Below, in pieces: positions 29,226 to 42,900 of a stretch of 64,000 nucleotides of DNA. The translations under genes were made by a program, and so were the position numbers. The stretch comes from Octopus sinensis (lineage: Eukaryota). The DNA lies in assembly GCF_006345805.1 (NCBI RefSeq), contig NC_043003.1, forward strand, positions 39,246,001 to 39,310,000, read 5' to 3'. The notes beneath the pieces are model-generated. The model saw only the letters and a list, made by a program, of their open reading frames with translations. It was not told the DNA's origin and did no database searches. How positions within the stretch are numbered: the first letter of the stretch is position 1; each line of letters begins with the position of its first letter.

Positions 29226-31179
29226 CTCACAATTTAGGTTAGTTGAGATATGTGACAAACATATTTCAACTAACCTAAAGTGGGATTATGCGTAAACACT
29301 GCTTAGCGCATTTACTCTGATATACGTATATACATATATTATACGTATATGTATCATAAATGTGTGTGAAAAAAGCACACTCACATACACACACACATAC
29401 ACGCACACACACACACAAACATACACTCATATATGCCTTTTTTCAAATACATCATTTACATGTCTCAAGTTCGTCTTTGTTACCTTGTTGTTTTCAGTTT
29501 GGCTATTGGAATCGAACTTCCGGTCTGGTTCTGTTTAATCCGAACGAGACCCACCGCAACAATTGGCGCTTTAAAAAATTGAGAGCTATAACAATAATTG
29601 TAAGTGAATATAATAACTATCTGCATACCCTATATTAAAACTATTTCTCTACTATAACACCATTTCTACTCTAATTTTTCAATAACATTATTTCCCTACA
29701 ATAACAATTACTGATCTGTGACACTACCACTGCACTATACACATTAACACCATTATTGCACTGCAAATTCTGCCGAAGTCGACTTTACCTGTCATCTTTT
29801 CGGGGTCGATAAATTAAGTACCAGTGAAATTCTGGGGTCGATGTGATCGGCTAGCCACCACCTCCACTAAAACTTAGGGCCTTGTGCCTATAATAGAAAG
29901 GATTATTACATTTCAATAACGTGTATAACCTCGATTACATAAATCTGCAGACGAAGATCGATGGATAAAAAATTGGTATGCGTTACACCTTCCATGGGTC
30001 ATTAGTTCTATTAAACATTGATTTTTGACTCCAAGGAATTTTTTCAGTACTTCTAAATTGGATGTTTTTGAGAGCATTTGTCGTAGATTAAGTACACAAA
30101 TGTAGCATTAGTTGAATAAGTTCAACTTTCTGAGACATTAAATGCAGACACAAATATTTTTAAATTCTGAAGTACTCATAGTCAAGCCAGATTTTCTCGT
30201 ATTTGCGTTTTACATTTTGCCTTATATCTTTAAAACCGGAGAAGTCCTAATATTGGTTTCAAATTTTGGCACAAAGCCAACAAGTTCGGGGGAGAACATA
30301 TGTCGATGACATCGACCCCAGTTATTGACTGGAACTTATTTTATCGACCCCGCAAGGATGAAAGGAAAAGTCGACCCCAGCAACATTTGAACACAGAACG
30401 TAAAGTCGGACGAAATACCTATTTCTTTACTACCCACAAGGGGCTAAACATAGAGGGGACAAACAAGGACAGACAAACAGAGTAAGTCAATTACATCGAC
30501 CCCAGTGCGCAACTGGTACTTAATTTATCAACCCCGAAAGGATGAAAGGCAAAGTCGACCTCGGCGGAATTTGAACTCAGAACGTTGCGGCAGACGAAAG
30601 ACTTATTTCTTTACTACCCACAAGGGGCTAAACACAGAGAGGACAAACAAGGACAGACAGATGAATTAAGTCGATTATATCGACCCCAGTGAGTAACTGG
30701 TACTTAATTTATCGACCCGGAAAGGATGAAAGGCAAAGTCAACTTCGGCGTAATTTGAACTCAGAACGTAACGACAGACGAAATACCGCTAAGTATGTTA
30801 CTCGGCGTGCTAAAATTCGGCCAGATCGCCGTCTTAGAAGAGTCCTAATATTAAAACTCATGTTTTACTGACAGATTTTACTGTGAGCTTACAAAATAAT
30901 ATAGGGTTTGATATAGGGATTTTCAAGGTTTTCAAGTTGTTTTTACACTTGCTTCTAAAATTCCTAAAAATGCAGTTTTTTCTGATTTCTTCGCAGAGAT
31001 CCTTAACAAATCTTAGAAAAAAAAATAATGGTTTCAAACTTTGCCATAAAAGCAGCAATTTTTTTTGGTGGGGGTGGGGAGATATGTCGACTACATCGAT
31101 CCCAGTGTTCAACTGGCACTTATTTTATCGACTCCGAAAGAATGAAAGGTAAAGTCGACATCGGCGGAATTTGAACTCA

Positions 31180-31236
<57 letters not shown>

Positions 31237-32715
31237 TATGTTTCATGCTCTAAGAAACTCACCAAAATCATCAAAATTGACGTTTTTCGACTGAAATTAT
31301 ATGTAGTTATTTTGCGTTTGAGAATAACAACTAAATATTTTTTCTTGAATTCTCAATTATTTTCAAATGAAATTTTTCCACTTTTAATTAAATTCGAATT
31401 CTCGTAAAAATTTGTTGAATATTGGTGTAAGCCTAGGTTTATTTATTTATTCATTTTGGTGAATTAATTATTTGTTGTTTTGAAAGTCTAAATATCTATT
31501 CATTTGGAAAACTAGATGTTTCTTTTGTCTATGTCTACGCAGTAGCCCACTGTGCACTCTGAGAACACTATCGCTGTACTATTATAACACCAATATAAGT
31601 TTCAAATTTTGGCACAAATCCAGCAATTTCGGGGGCGGGGTAAGTCAATTACATCAACTCCAGTGCTCAACTGGTACTTATTTTATCGATCAAGAAAGGA
31701 TGAAAGGCAAAGTCGACCTCGGCGAAATTTCAACCTAGAACATAAAGATGGACGAAATACCTATTTCTTTACCAACCACAAGGGGCTAGACATAGAAAGG
31801 ACAAACAAGGACAGACAAACGGATCAAGTCGATTACGTCGACCCCAGTGCGCAACTGGTACTTAATTTATCGACCCCGAAAGGATGAAAGGCTAAGTCGA
31901 CCTCGGCGGAATTTGAACCCAGAACGTAACGGCAGACGAAATACTGCAACGCATTTCGCCCGGCGTGCTAACGTTTCTGCCAGCTCGCTGCCTTGATTAT
32001 AAAACCAATATTGCAAAACGATAAGAGTATTGAGACTCTGTAAAAATATGAATCATTGCATCAGAATAACAACTTCATTTCAAGTGGTGCTTGTGGCAGT
32101 GGTAGTGTTTGTGTTGTTGGTGATGATAGCAGAGCTCCATTTAAACGACTACACATTCCTGCTCCTTGTACACGCGTAATAAAAAAAAATATCTTGAATA
32201 TCTATCGTTGTAAAAAAAGTTATTACCGTTTCTTTTTATTGCTGTCTCTATTTTTATTGTACTTTTCTATTGCTACTTTCTCTCGTATTGCAGGAACCCC
32301 CGTTTGTGGAACTACACAATGGTACCTTCTCAGGTTATACAATCGATGTGTTTGAGAAAGTGTCCAATATGACCCATTTCGAATATACCATCAGTGAATG
32401 TGCTGACAAGAACTACGGCACACTGTTCAAAAACAATACCTGGGGTGGTTGCATCGGACAAATGCTACGTGGGGTCAGATATGACATTTATTTATTTATT
32501 TATTCATTTATTTATTTATTTATTTATTTATTTATCTATTTATTTATCTATCTGTCTCTGCTGTTTTCTTTGTTGTTTATTGTTTGTATGGATTATGGAG
32601 CAGTTAATGAGTGTTGAAAAGGTCGATACTGCTCATATGTAAGATCTTCCATATATTTCTGTCATTATGTTACACGCACACATACAAGCATATATACGAG
32701 TGTGTTTGTCTGTAT

Positions 32716-32762
<47 letters not shown>

Positions 32763-34593
32763 ATGTTTTATTCTTAACTCGTTTCAGTCATTGGACTGCG
32801 ACCAAGCTGGAGCATTACCTTGAAGGGTTTAGTCAAATAAGTCGACACTAGTACTTAATTTATTATTAAGACTGGTATCTATTCTATCTGTTTCATTTGC
32901 CGAACCGCTAAATTACAAACTAACAATTTAACAAGCCCTTAGTCGGTCCGAAGTCATAGTAGAAGACAATTGCCTAAGGGGCCCACTGAAATCATATGGT
33001 CATGTGATCAGGAAGCAAACTTCTTACCACACAGCCACGTCACACCTGTACACATACGCACACACACAAATGTGTTCAGAGTATTTGCGTGACGTTCTAG
33101 TCATTCTGCTAACCCACCAGTCTATTCTACTATTTTCAGCACTTTAAGTAATTTCAGACTTCGGCATTAAAACACACATCTGGGGAAGTGATGCAGTCGA
33201 TTTCATTCCTCCAAGACTTTAGTGGTTCTTTAGTTTATCGGATGAAAGGATTAAGGTGAAATAAACATTGGCATTAATATTTGAACTTAGGTCGTAGCTA
33301 AATACTATGGAACATTTTGATCCGTTCTCTACCACCTCCGTCATCTCCACTACCATCAAACACAACAAAACATATACATGTGAGCAAGGAAGTCTCTATG
33401 TTATAACTCAACCAGTTAGAAATAGCAGCTACATCGCCTTTATGTCACAACCTACTGTCACGCTAAATAACGTGATCCTGGGTTATCTGTACATAGGAAA
33501 AATACGGAATTGGAGCGCCTTTGATTAGTCAAGATTTTGCCTTGTTTAATCAAGATTTATCGTGGACTAAACAACAGCACTAATAAAAGCTTAAATTTAT
33601 TTTTGAAAAAAAAAATGCAATTACGATATAAAATTAGTATAGTAACATATACGAGAGATATCAAATGGCATTTTGATATGAGGTTTATACAGCAGTAGTT
33701 AAAAACACAGCTGTGTTTGATATCTTTTTATTGATATCATCTGGTTAACTAGGTCACACTTTATATCGCTATTTCTCTCTTTTTGTCTCTCTCTTTCTCT
33801 CTCTCTCTTTCTTTCTTTCTTTCTCTCTCCCTTTCCCACACACACACACGCTATCTGTCTCTCACTTTCACACACGCCTACTTATATCGTTAAATATACA
33901 TACAAGCATTTACATACAGGACATATACTAAACATACGGGCATGCATACTCTGAGTTACATACGCATGCACTTGCATAGATATGTATATATTCAGACAGA
34001 CTATATACACACGCATTACATACAGATGCTAGTATACTATATACGACACTCTAAGATAAATTTAGTAGACGTACACATATACACAGTCGAACATATAAAC
34101 ACACATACTAGCACACATCACACATATATAAACACGTAAAACGATATACATATATACACATTCACATGCAACCACTGATATACACACACATCCACGTCTA
34201 CACGTAAACACACATATGCACAGATACAAAGGTATACATTAGCAGATACGTATTCAGACATATGGATATGCACACAGATACACACAAATAGTTATATACG
34301 TACAGATATCTGCATACATACACCAGTCGAAGATGCATACGCATAGAAGCAAATAGATGGATATACACAGACATCTATACACAAATACAAAGGCATATAC
34401 ACAAATATACACGTATATTTAAATGCATATCTATATATATATATACATATATATATATAGATGTATATATATATATATTTTTGATTTTATTTTGACCGAC
34501 CAGGCTATCAGATGTTGCTAAATCGCTGATCACAATGCGCTTCGCATTGTTTTAGTCTTCAAATGACGCCACCTCGCTGGCTAAGCGAGCAGG

Positions 34594-34641
<48 letters not shown>

Positions 34642-34921
34642 ATATACATACATACATACATACATACATACACACATACATACATGTATACATAAGCGTG
34701 TGAGTATATGTATTTATATATACATATACTATATGTACATATATGTATGCATGTGCATATATATACTTACATCTATACATTACATATATGTGTATAATTA
34801 ACTCTACTATGGAGTTTTCTTTTATCAGATATTGTTTAATATGGTTTTAAAACATCACTCTGCCCCCTCCCTGCTGCACCTCCTCTCTCTCCCCATATCC
34901 TTACGCATATACATACATACG

Positions 34922-34959
<38 letters not shown>

Positions 34960-34975
34960 ATATATACACATACAT

Positions 34976-35060
<85 letters not shown>

Positions 35061-35334
35061 TTATGTATGTATGTATTTATGTATGTATGTATATGCTCAA
35101 ACTGTGTTCGTACGTGAAACAGCAAGTTGTGTTATAAGTACTTCTGTTGTAGTTACATGTAAAACTATATACTCAGCCATTTAACGTAAACGTCTTAATT
35201 TAGCGATTTCACAGCTGGAACGTAAGTTGGTTCAAATAGTTATTTACACGAGAAAAGTATGTGAGCTACAACCACACACATACACACACATGCACACACA
35301 CACACGCTCACGCACAGACACACACACACACACA

Positions 35335-35377
<43 letters not shown>

Positions 35378-35559
35378 CACACGCGCACAGATCTCCTCAT
35401 TTATTTCCTCTACATTTCTATGTTTATCTCCCTCTCTCTTTTTCTTTCTCACACTTTCGCTCTCTCTTTTCTTCATCTCTCTTTCTCTCTCTCTCTCTCT
35501 CTTTCTCTACCTATCTATCTATCTATCTATCTGTCTATATATCTATCTATCCATCTATC

Positions 35560-35633
<74 letters not shown>

Positions 35634-36260
35634 CATCTATCTCTATCTATCTATGTCTATCTATCTCTATTTCTAACCCCCTCAGTCAATATATATCCAT
35701 CATCATATATATAGTCTAATTACTTCTGAAGGAAGTAATTATGCAAAACTTTCAGCCCTAACGGCTTCATCTCACAATCGGCATCGCAGTGTCAAGGTCA
35801 AGGCACTTATAGCTCGCTTGCGCAGTCACCAAACTGTTAATAGGAACCATAAACATACATACATGGTAATGAAGCGTTCTGTGATGATCAACTGAAATTA
35901 TGTGTAATTGATACTTCATGCATTATCTTACCTTTCTGGCCTCACTTCATCTCAAGTGCATCGCTTGCACAGTAGGATGGGAGTGGCAAAGCTGTTTGTC
36001 TTGACTGAGATACATGTTATAAAGACGAAAACTTTGGTGCTAGTCCATCAACACAATGGTTTATACCACTTACCACTTATACCTGTCTCTGGAGACAGAT
36101 AGAAGTTATCAAACATCTTTATAGGTCGCAGTAAATACATCATGTTAGCGAAGAAAACATCCAGTTATTTGACATCACTCTCTATAAGACAGTTACGATG
36201 TTTAGATGAAATATGTGTATTTCATGCACACATAAAGTACATGTACACATACATATACAT

Positions 36261-36308
<48 letters not shown>

Positions 36309-39300
36309 CACACACACACACACACACCACACACACATGTATGTATGTATGTATGTATGCATGTTTGTATGTATATATGTAGCTACAGAGAGAAATTATG
36401 TATAAACAACAAAGAATGAAGCCACAGTAATTTATAACAGCTCGTTAATACAATTAATAACAGGTCGATGCATTGCAGTAAGTCCAAATGGGACGGACTT
36501 TTATGTATATATATATAATTGACTAAAATAAGCCTCAAGAGCGACTGCAGAAAATCACAGATTTCACATATACTTCATATTCTAATTATGATCAACAGCT
36601 GTTTCGTTAAGATAAACATCACCAAATGTAAATGTATAATTACATAATTATGTAACATAATTAAATCAAATTAAATCAAATTAAGAACTGTATTTATCTA
36701 AATCATCAGCAGTGCTGATTTATGTAAAACAGAAAACAGTTAATAAGAAATTAAGAATTACTAGTTCCAGTTCTTTGGGGTTATGCATATAAACAGATTT
36801 GCAACTTATTTTTCTGGGATTGGTCAAGTGATGTAGACACTTCTGATGAGAATCTAATAAGGTTCGAAAATCGATTAAAGTTGATTATTGTTTTTCATGC
36901 GACGAAGAAATAGTGAAATTTGCTATGCTTGTATGTTTACTACGTGGTTTTAAATCATTTCAACAAAGATTTTTAATTCCATAGGTGTCATCTGACATCA
37001 GAAATGGATATGTTTCATTCGTATTAAACTTCATTAAAAAGCATTGTGACTTAAAAACTGATTGATCTGTGATTTTTGCCCTCAGGCAAAAAACAAAAAA
37101 AACAAACAAAAAAAGTTTTAGCTAGTAGAATTTAGCGTACTTACAAAATATTAAAATAAATAATCAAAGTGGGCCAATGAATTTAGATAATTACGTAAGG
37201 TGAAGATCTACTGAATAACTTCATTAAGTCCTAATGACTTCATTAAGACCTAAAATGAGTTTATTCTATATCATTTATACTTTGGTATATAAGCTCGTTC
37301 ACTTCTGTCAATGTACAATTGAAGGAAGAGAGCCAATTGAAAAGACCCCAACAGAAGCAACATCTACGGTGATAACTGTTAAAAATCTATATCTTTTTGT
37401 ATCTTTATTTTCTACTTATTTCAGTCTCTGAATTGCAGTCATGCTGGAGCACTGTTTTAAAGGTTCTCAATCAAACAGCTCGAGCCTAGTACTTATTTTT
37501 TCTTTAAGTCTAGTACCTATAATATCGGTCTTTTTTTTCTGAAACGCTAAGTTACGGAGAAGGGGGAAATCATAAATACAATGACATACACGCACATTCA
37601 TATATATATGACAGCTTCCACGTAGTTTCCGTTTACAAAATCTACTCACAAGGTATTGGTTGGCCCGGCGATATAGTAGGAGACACTTGCTCAAGGTGCC
37701 GCATAATGGAACCGAACCCGAAACTACGTAGTTGCAAAGCGAGCTTCCTAACCACCCAGCCACGCCTGCGCCTATAACGACAAATTCTCTCTCAAATACC
37801 ACCTTACTGACTTAAATGAAGATGCACGTTGGACAATATGATTGCAGCTATACTATGCCCAGTAACCATGATTGAAAATGTTTTTGATTGCAGATTTGTT
37901 AGATTTGAGTTAGCTTAGGACTAAGTAACAAGTAATACCTAGTTTATATACCGTGGTAGTACAAAGAGTAAAGTCGAACCAAATATGATCTGATCATGAG
38001 AGACACATTCACTTAAACAACAAGCACCTTTTCTATCTCTCCGCTAACCTCTGGTAATTACGTAGTACACATGACGACTCTTGGTTCATGTTTTCAAAAT
38101 CCAGCAGATAAACGTTCAGAGACGTTCCAGCCATGACCATCCAGAATTGTTTTCATTATATGTGAAACTTAGTAAGTGCGTCGTTCCTTTTTCTACGTTT
38201 ATTTGGGACATATTTAATTGGCATTTCTAGAAAGCAAATTGTGATTAGACTTGGATTCAATAGAGAAAGAACCAGTTTCTAACCTAGATCCAAGGTTCCT
38301 TCAGGGTATGTATGTATGTATGTATGTATGTATGTATGTATGTATGTATGTATGTATGTATGTATGCATGCATGTATGTATGTATGTATGTATGTATGTA
38401 TGTATGTATGTATGTATGTATGTATGTATGTATGTATGTATGTATTTGTGTACGTATGTATGTATGTGCAGATTTGTATGTTTTATGTATGTATTCTCAT
38501 GCAAATAGTTACATATCTAGACATGCTCATATATATTTAAATGATAAACATCTGCTAAGTTTTACATATTTTTGCAGTTCCAGTGATAGATTCGATCTAT
38601 AGTCTTTGAATTAGCTTTCTCCTTTCTGGTTTTGAGAAGCCTAATTTCTCAAGATTGGTATTTAGGCAGTGCGTTATATATCCCAGGGTCCCAATAATTA
38701 CAGGTGCTCCAGCATGACTGCAATCCAGTGATGCCTTCGGAAGGCTAGAAAGGCGCATCTGGAATCGGCGAGACATATGCAGAAAGACAAAGATAAAGGT
38801 GTGCAAGGCATGTGTGCTCCCTTCTCTTCACTATGCCTACGAAACGTGGGTCACATATCGATACCACTTAAACAACTGGAACGTTTCTATCAGATGTGTC
38901 TCAGACGGATCTACGGCATTAAGTGGGAGGACTGCATCAGTGATCTTGAAATATTAGAAGGTTCTCGGTGCGAAAGTATAGAAGCTCTTGTGTTAAAGCA
39001 AAGGCTCAGATGGAGTGGTCATCTGGTCAGGATGAAGGATTCAAGGATGCCAAAACAACTCTTTATGGAGAGTTAGCTAAAGGAGAACGACCCCCACATA
39101 AACCAAAAAAGAGATATAAGGATTTGCTGAAGGCTTCCTTAAGAGATGCTTGCATCTCTCCTGACACATGGGAGGGCATAGCTATTGATCGTAGCAGGTG
39201 GAGAAGGATTGTGCACGAGGGGACAGCTACTTCTGAGAAATCTCGGGTTGCGCATGAGAAAGTAAGGAGGGATTTCAGGAAGGGCATCGCTGTTACACTT

Positions 39301-39904
39301 CCAGATGGGAAGGGTCTTCCTACGATGCTGACATGCAGTATCTGTGCACGACCCTGCCTCAGTAAAGCTGGACTCAAGAGTCATCTTCGTAGTCATAAAG
39401 CGAGACAGATGAGTGACAACCTGGCCACTGGTGGTGGTGTTACACACCATACTAATCATATCTGCCAGGCATTTGGAAGAGCGTGTAATTCGGCAGGAGG
39501 ACTTAAACGACATGCAAAGGTACATGAAGCCCAGTTACAACTACAGCCGGCTACTGCTGGTAAAGGTTTTAGCTGTCAATTCTGTACAAGACATTGTAGA
39601 TCTTTAGCTGGGCTAAAAAGTCACATTCGATCACAGCACCAATAACAGTTAAGCTTCGTGCAATGGCCATACTCGATAACGAGGGGGCAGCCATCATGGA
39701 TGGATGGATGGATGGATGGATGGGTGCATGGATAGATGATTGTGTGCGCGCGCGCTTGTATGCATGTATGTATACGTGAGTTGCGGCTGGCTGGTCCAAT
39801 GAATGGAGGGATGAACTGATGGTTAGTTGTATGGATGAATACTCATACATATACATATACAAACATAAACACACTCACATACATACATATATATATATAT
39901 AAAT

Positions 39905-39942
<38 letters not shown>

Positions 39943-42900
39943 GGAAAGAGAGAGAAACAGAAACGGATGGATAGGCAAACGGATACACCGACTGACGTAT
40001 GTCGAAAATGAATAAAAGTAAAATTACTTAAGTTGGTATGCCCTTCTTAGAAAAAGTTTATCTGTGTACGTATATTCACCTCAAACACCTACGTGGGTGT
40101 GATACGATGGTTTGTTTTGCCAACAAGCTCGCCCCAACAATCTGCTACGTCAGAGGTACATATGATCGTGGGGTAATAAAAGGAAGTGTTGATATGGTTT
40201 CGGCAGGCACACAGACAAACAGATGGGAATCAGATGCTATCTTGTCTCTATACCGGAAGTAAGCTGTACGTCTGTAAGCCTGCCAGTCTGCACGTCTGGT
40301 TATATGGTCATGTGGTTATGTATAAGTACGTGGAGAGAGAGAGAGATAGCGTGAGTGAGTGAGTGAGTGAGTGAATGAGTTGGTGCGTGTATGTGTGTAT
40401 GCGTGTATAGTTGTGTGTCTGTTCCTTTGTGTTAGTGTGTGAATGTGGATGTTGATGTAAATGTACATGTGAGTATGCGTGTGTGTATCAGTGTGGTTAT
40501 ATAACTGTTTGTGTATGTAATTGTTTGTTTCTGTGATTGAGCGTTGAGTGTGTAGATGTATGCATATATGGCTATGTGTTTTGAGATGTGTGTTATGGGC
40601 TCTGGGGATGTATGTGTGTGTATGAGTGCATGTGAATATACGAGCGTTTGAATGATCATGAGAATATATATGTATGTGCTTCTAGGTGTGTAAGTCTGAG
40701 TTTGGATGTACGGTTCTTTTTTATATGTGTGTGTGAGAGAGAGAGTGTGTGTGTCTGTGTATGTAAGTATATGTATATGATTATATTAGTGAATGTAAGT
40801 GGTTGTGTGAATGCTTACATGTGTAAAGTTTTTTGCGTGTGCATAGCTGTAAATCCTTAGTGTTTATCGGTTCGTCTCTCTTCCCTTGTGTTTCCCTTGT
40901 GTTTATCGCCCCCGTCTCTCTCCCCCTGTATGTCGATGCCTCTCTTGCAATATATTATTAAATTGAATTCAGTTCTACCTTACAAGACCTTACGATGATT
41001 CCGGCCTTTTCGACGCCAGATAGTTATCTTTATATTTTTTTTAATTGAATAATTTCTTTAAAGTAAATTTTAAATGTTTAAAAGTTAGACTTACATGTAT
41101 ATTGGCTATATTTTCATTGAAATAATTGTTTCTTCTATAAGTGAGAGAAGGTGAGAGGGTTAGCCAACTGGGGGAGGGAACTAAACAATTACATTGATTT
41201 TAGTGCTTTCGAAAGGATAAAAGGTGTAGTCGACCTTGGCGGAATTTGAACTCAGAAAAGTAAATGCCTATTTCTTTACTACTCACAAGGGGCTAAACAC
41301 AGAGAGGACAAACAAGGACAGACAAACGGATTAAGTCGATTATATCGACCCCAGTGCGTAACTAGTACTTATTTCATCGACACCGAAAGGATGAAAGGCA
41401 AAGTCGACCTTGGCGGAATTTGAACTCAGAACGTAACGGCAGACGAAATACGGCTACGCATTTCGCCCGGCGTGCTAACGATTCTGCCAGCTCGCTGCCA
41501 AAGTAAATGCCGCTAAGTATTTTGTCTGGCGCGCTAATGTTTCTTCTAGCTCGTCGGTTTATAGTGCGAATAAAATAAAGCTATGTATTCAGCGAAGATA
41601 TAAATGTATGACAACCAAACATCTGGCCCCAATTAACTACAATTAGCGGAAAACACTAGAAATAATATAAAGATTCAATCTTCGAAGATGCAATAGTATT
41701 AACATGTATACACATATGTGACTGAGCTGACCTTATCTTATAATAATTCTGCCTGTTTCTTCGTCGTAACGCTTCTATGAGATTAATTGAAGGAGATGGG
41801 GATGAGGATAGGGCGGGAGGGGAGGAGAGAGATGGGGCGGTGGAGAGATAGGGAGAGAGAGGTGGTGGTGAGTGAAATGTGTAATTTAAATTATTTTTTT
41901 GTCTCCGTTACTAAACCCACCTGTAACGCTTTAACGTGATTAGTTATAGGGAAAAGGCGAAGAGCGAAAGAAAAAGGAGAGAGAAAGAGAAGGTAAGGCG
42001 AAGAGTGAGAGAGAGAAAGCGGGAGAGTGTTGTGTATTAAATCTATAAAATTGTGCATAAATTTATAAAGTGTATATGTAAAGTGCATTAAGTAATCATC
42101 GTATTCCAATTTCCTTTACTTCTCAATGATTAGCAGATGAGCGACTATCTTTTGATACAGACACAACAAAGGCTACGCTTTCAGGTCTTTTGGATAAAGT
42201 TTTCAGAAATAACCCTATAAGTTTACCATTCATTCCGTAAAATATTCACGGGTCCCGCTGGTGATTTTCATTGTTTCAGTAATTCTATCCAGCTTTATGT
42301 TTAGACTATATTATCCCATGTCTTTCTCTGTTTAAAACAGTAGGATGTAATCTGAAGGAGTTTTGACTGCTATTTTTAGTAAGTTGATCCACCTATTTAA
42401 AGCCGCCCTATTTTAAAGAATTGAATGTTGGCTGGTTTGGAATATCTCATTTGTTGGCTCGCCCTACAATACAGAACTTTTGCGACCTTGTCAGTAAGGG
42501 AGATAATTTTATGCAACATTTCATTGCTATCTTCTTTGTCTCCGTCCAGGATGCTGACGTCATTGTCGGTTCATTGTCAGTGACAACAGAGCGGGACGCA
42601 GTCGTTGACTTCACCTTACCTTACTACGACTTCGCTGGTATCCAGATCCTGATTAAGAAGAAAGCTCAAGAAACGAAACTATTTTACTTTCTCGACGTCT
42701 TTCATCTGGACGTATGGCTATGCCTGGTGGCCGTTCTTATTACTACTAGTATCCTGCTTTATATGTTTGACCGATTCAGTCCTTTCACCAACGTTGACCA
42801 GAATGGTGAGCAAAGGAATTTTAATATGAAGGAAAGTATGTGGTTCGTGATTGGGTCCTTGACACAGTCAGGTGAGTAAAACAGTGATACTTTTAGTTTC

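Noticed and set aside
30300-30840. CRISPR-like or satellite array
   Set aside because: The units are SINE B copies, with no repeat-unique spacer pattern, and the context is eukaryotic.
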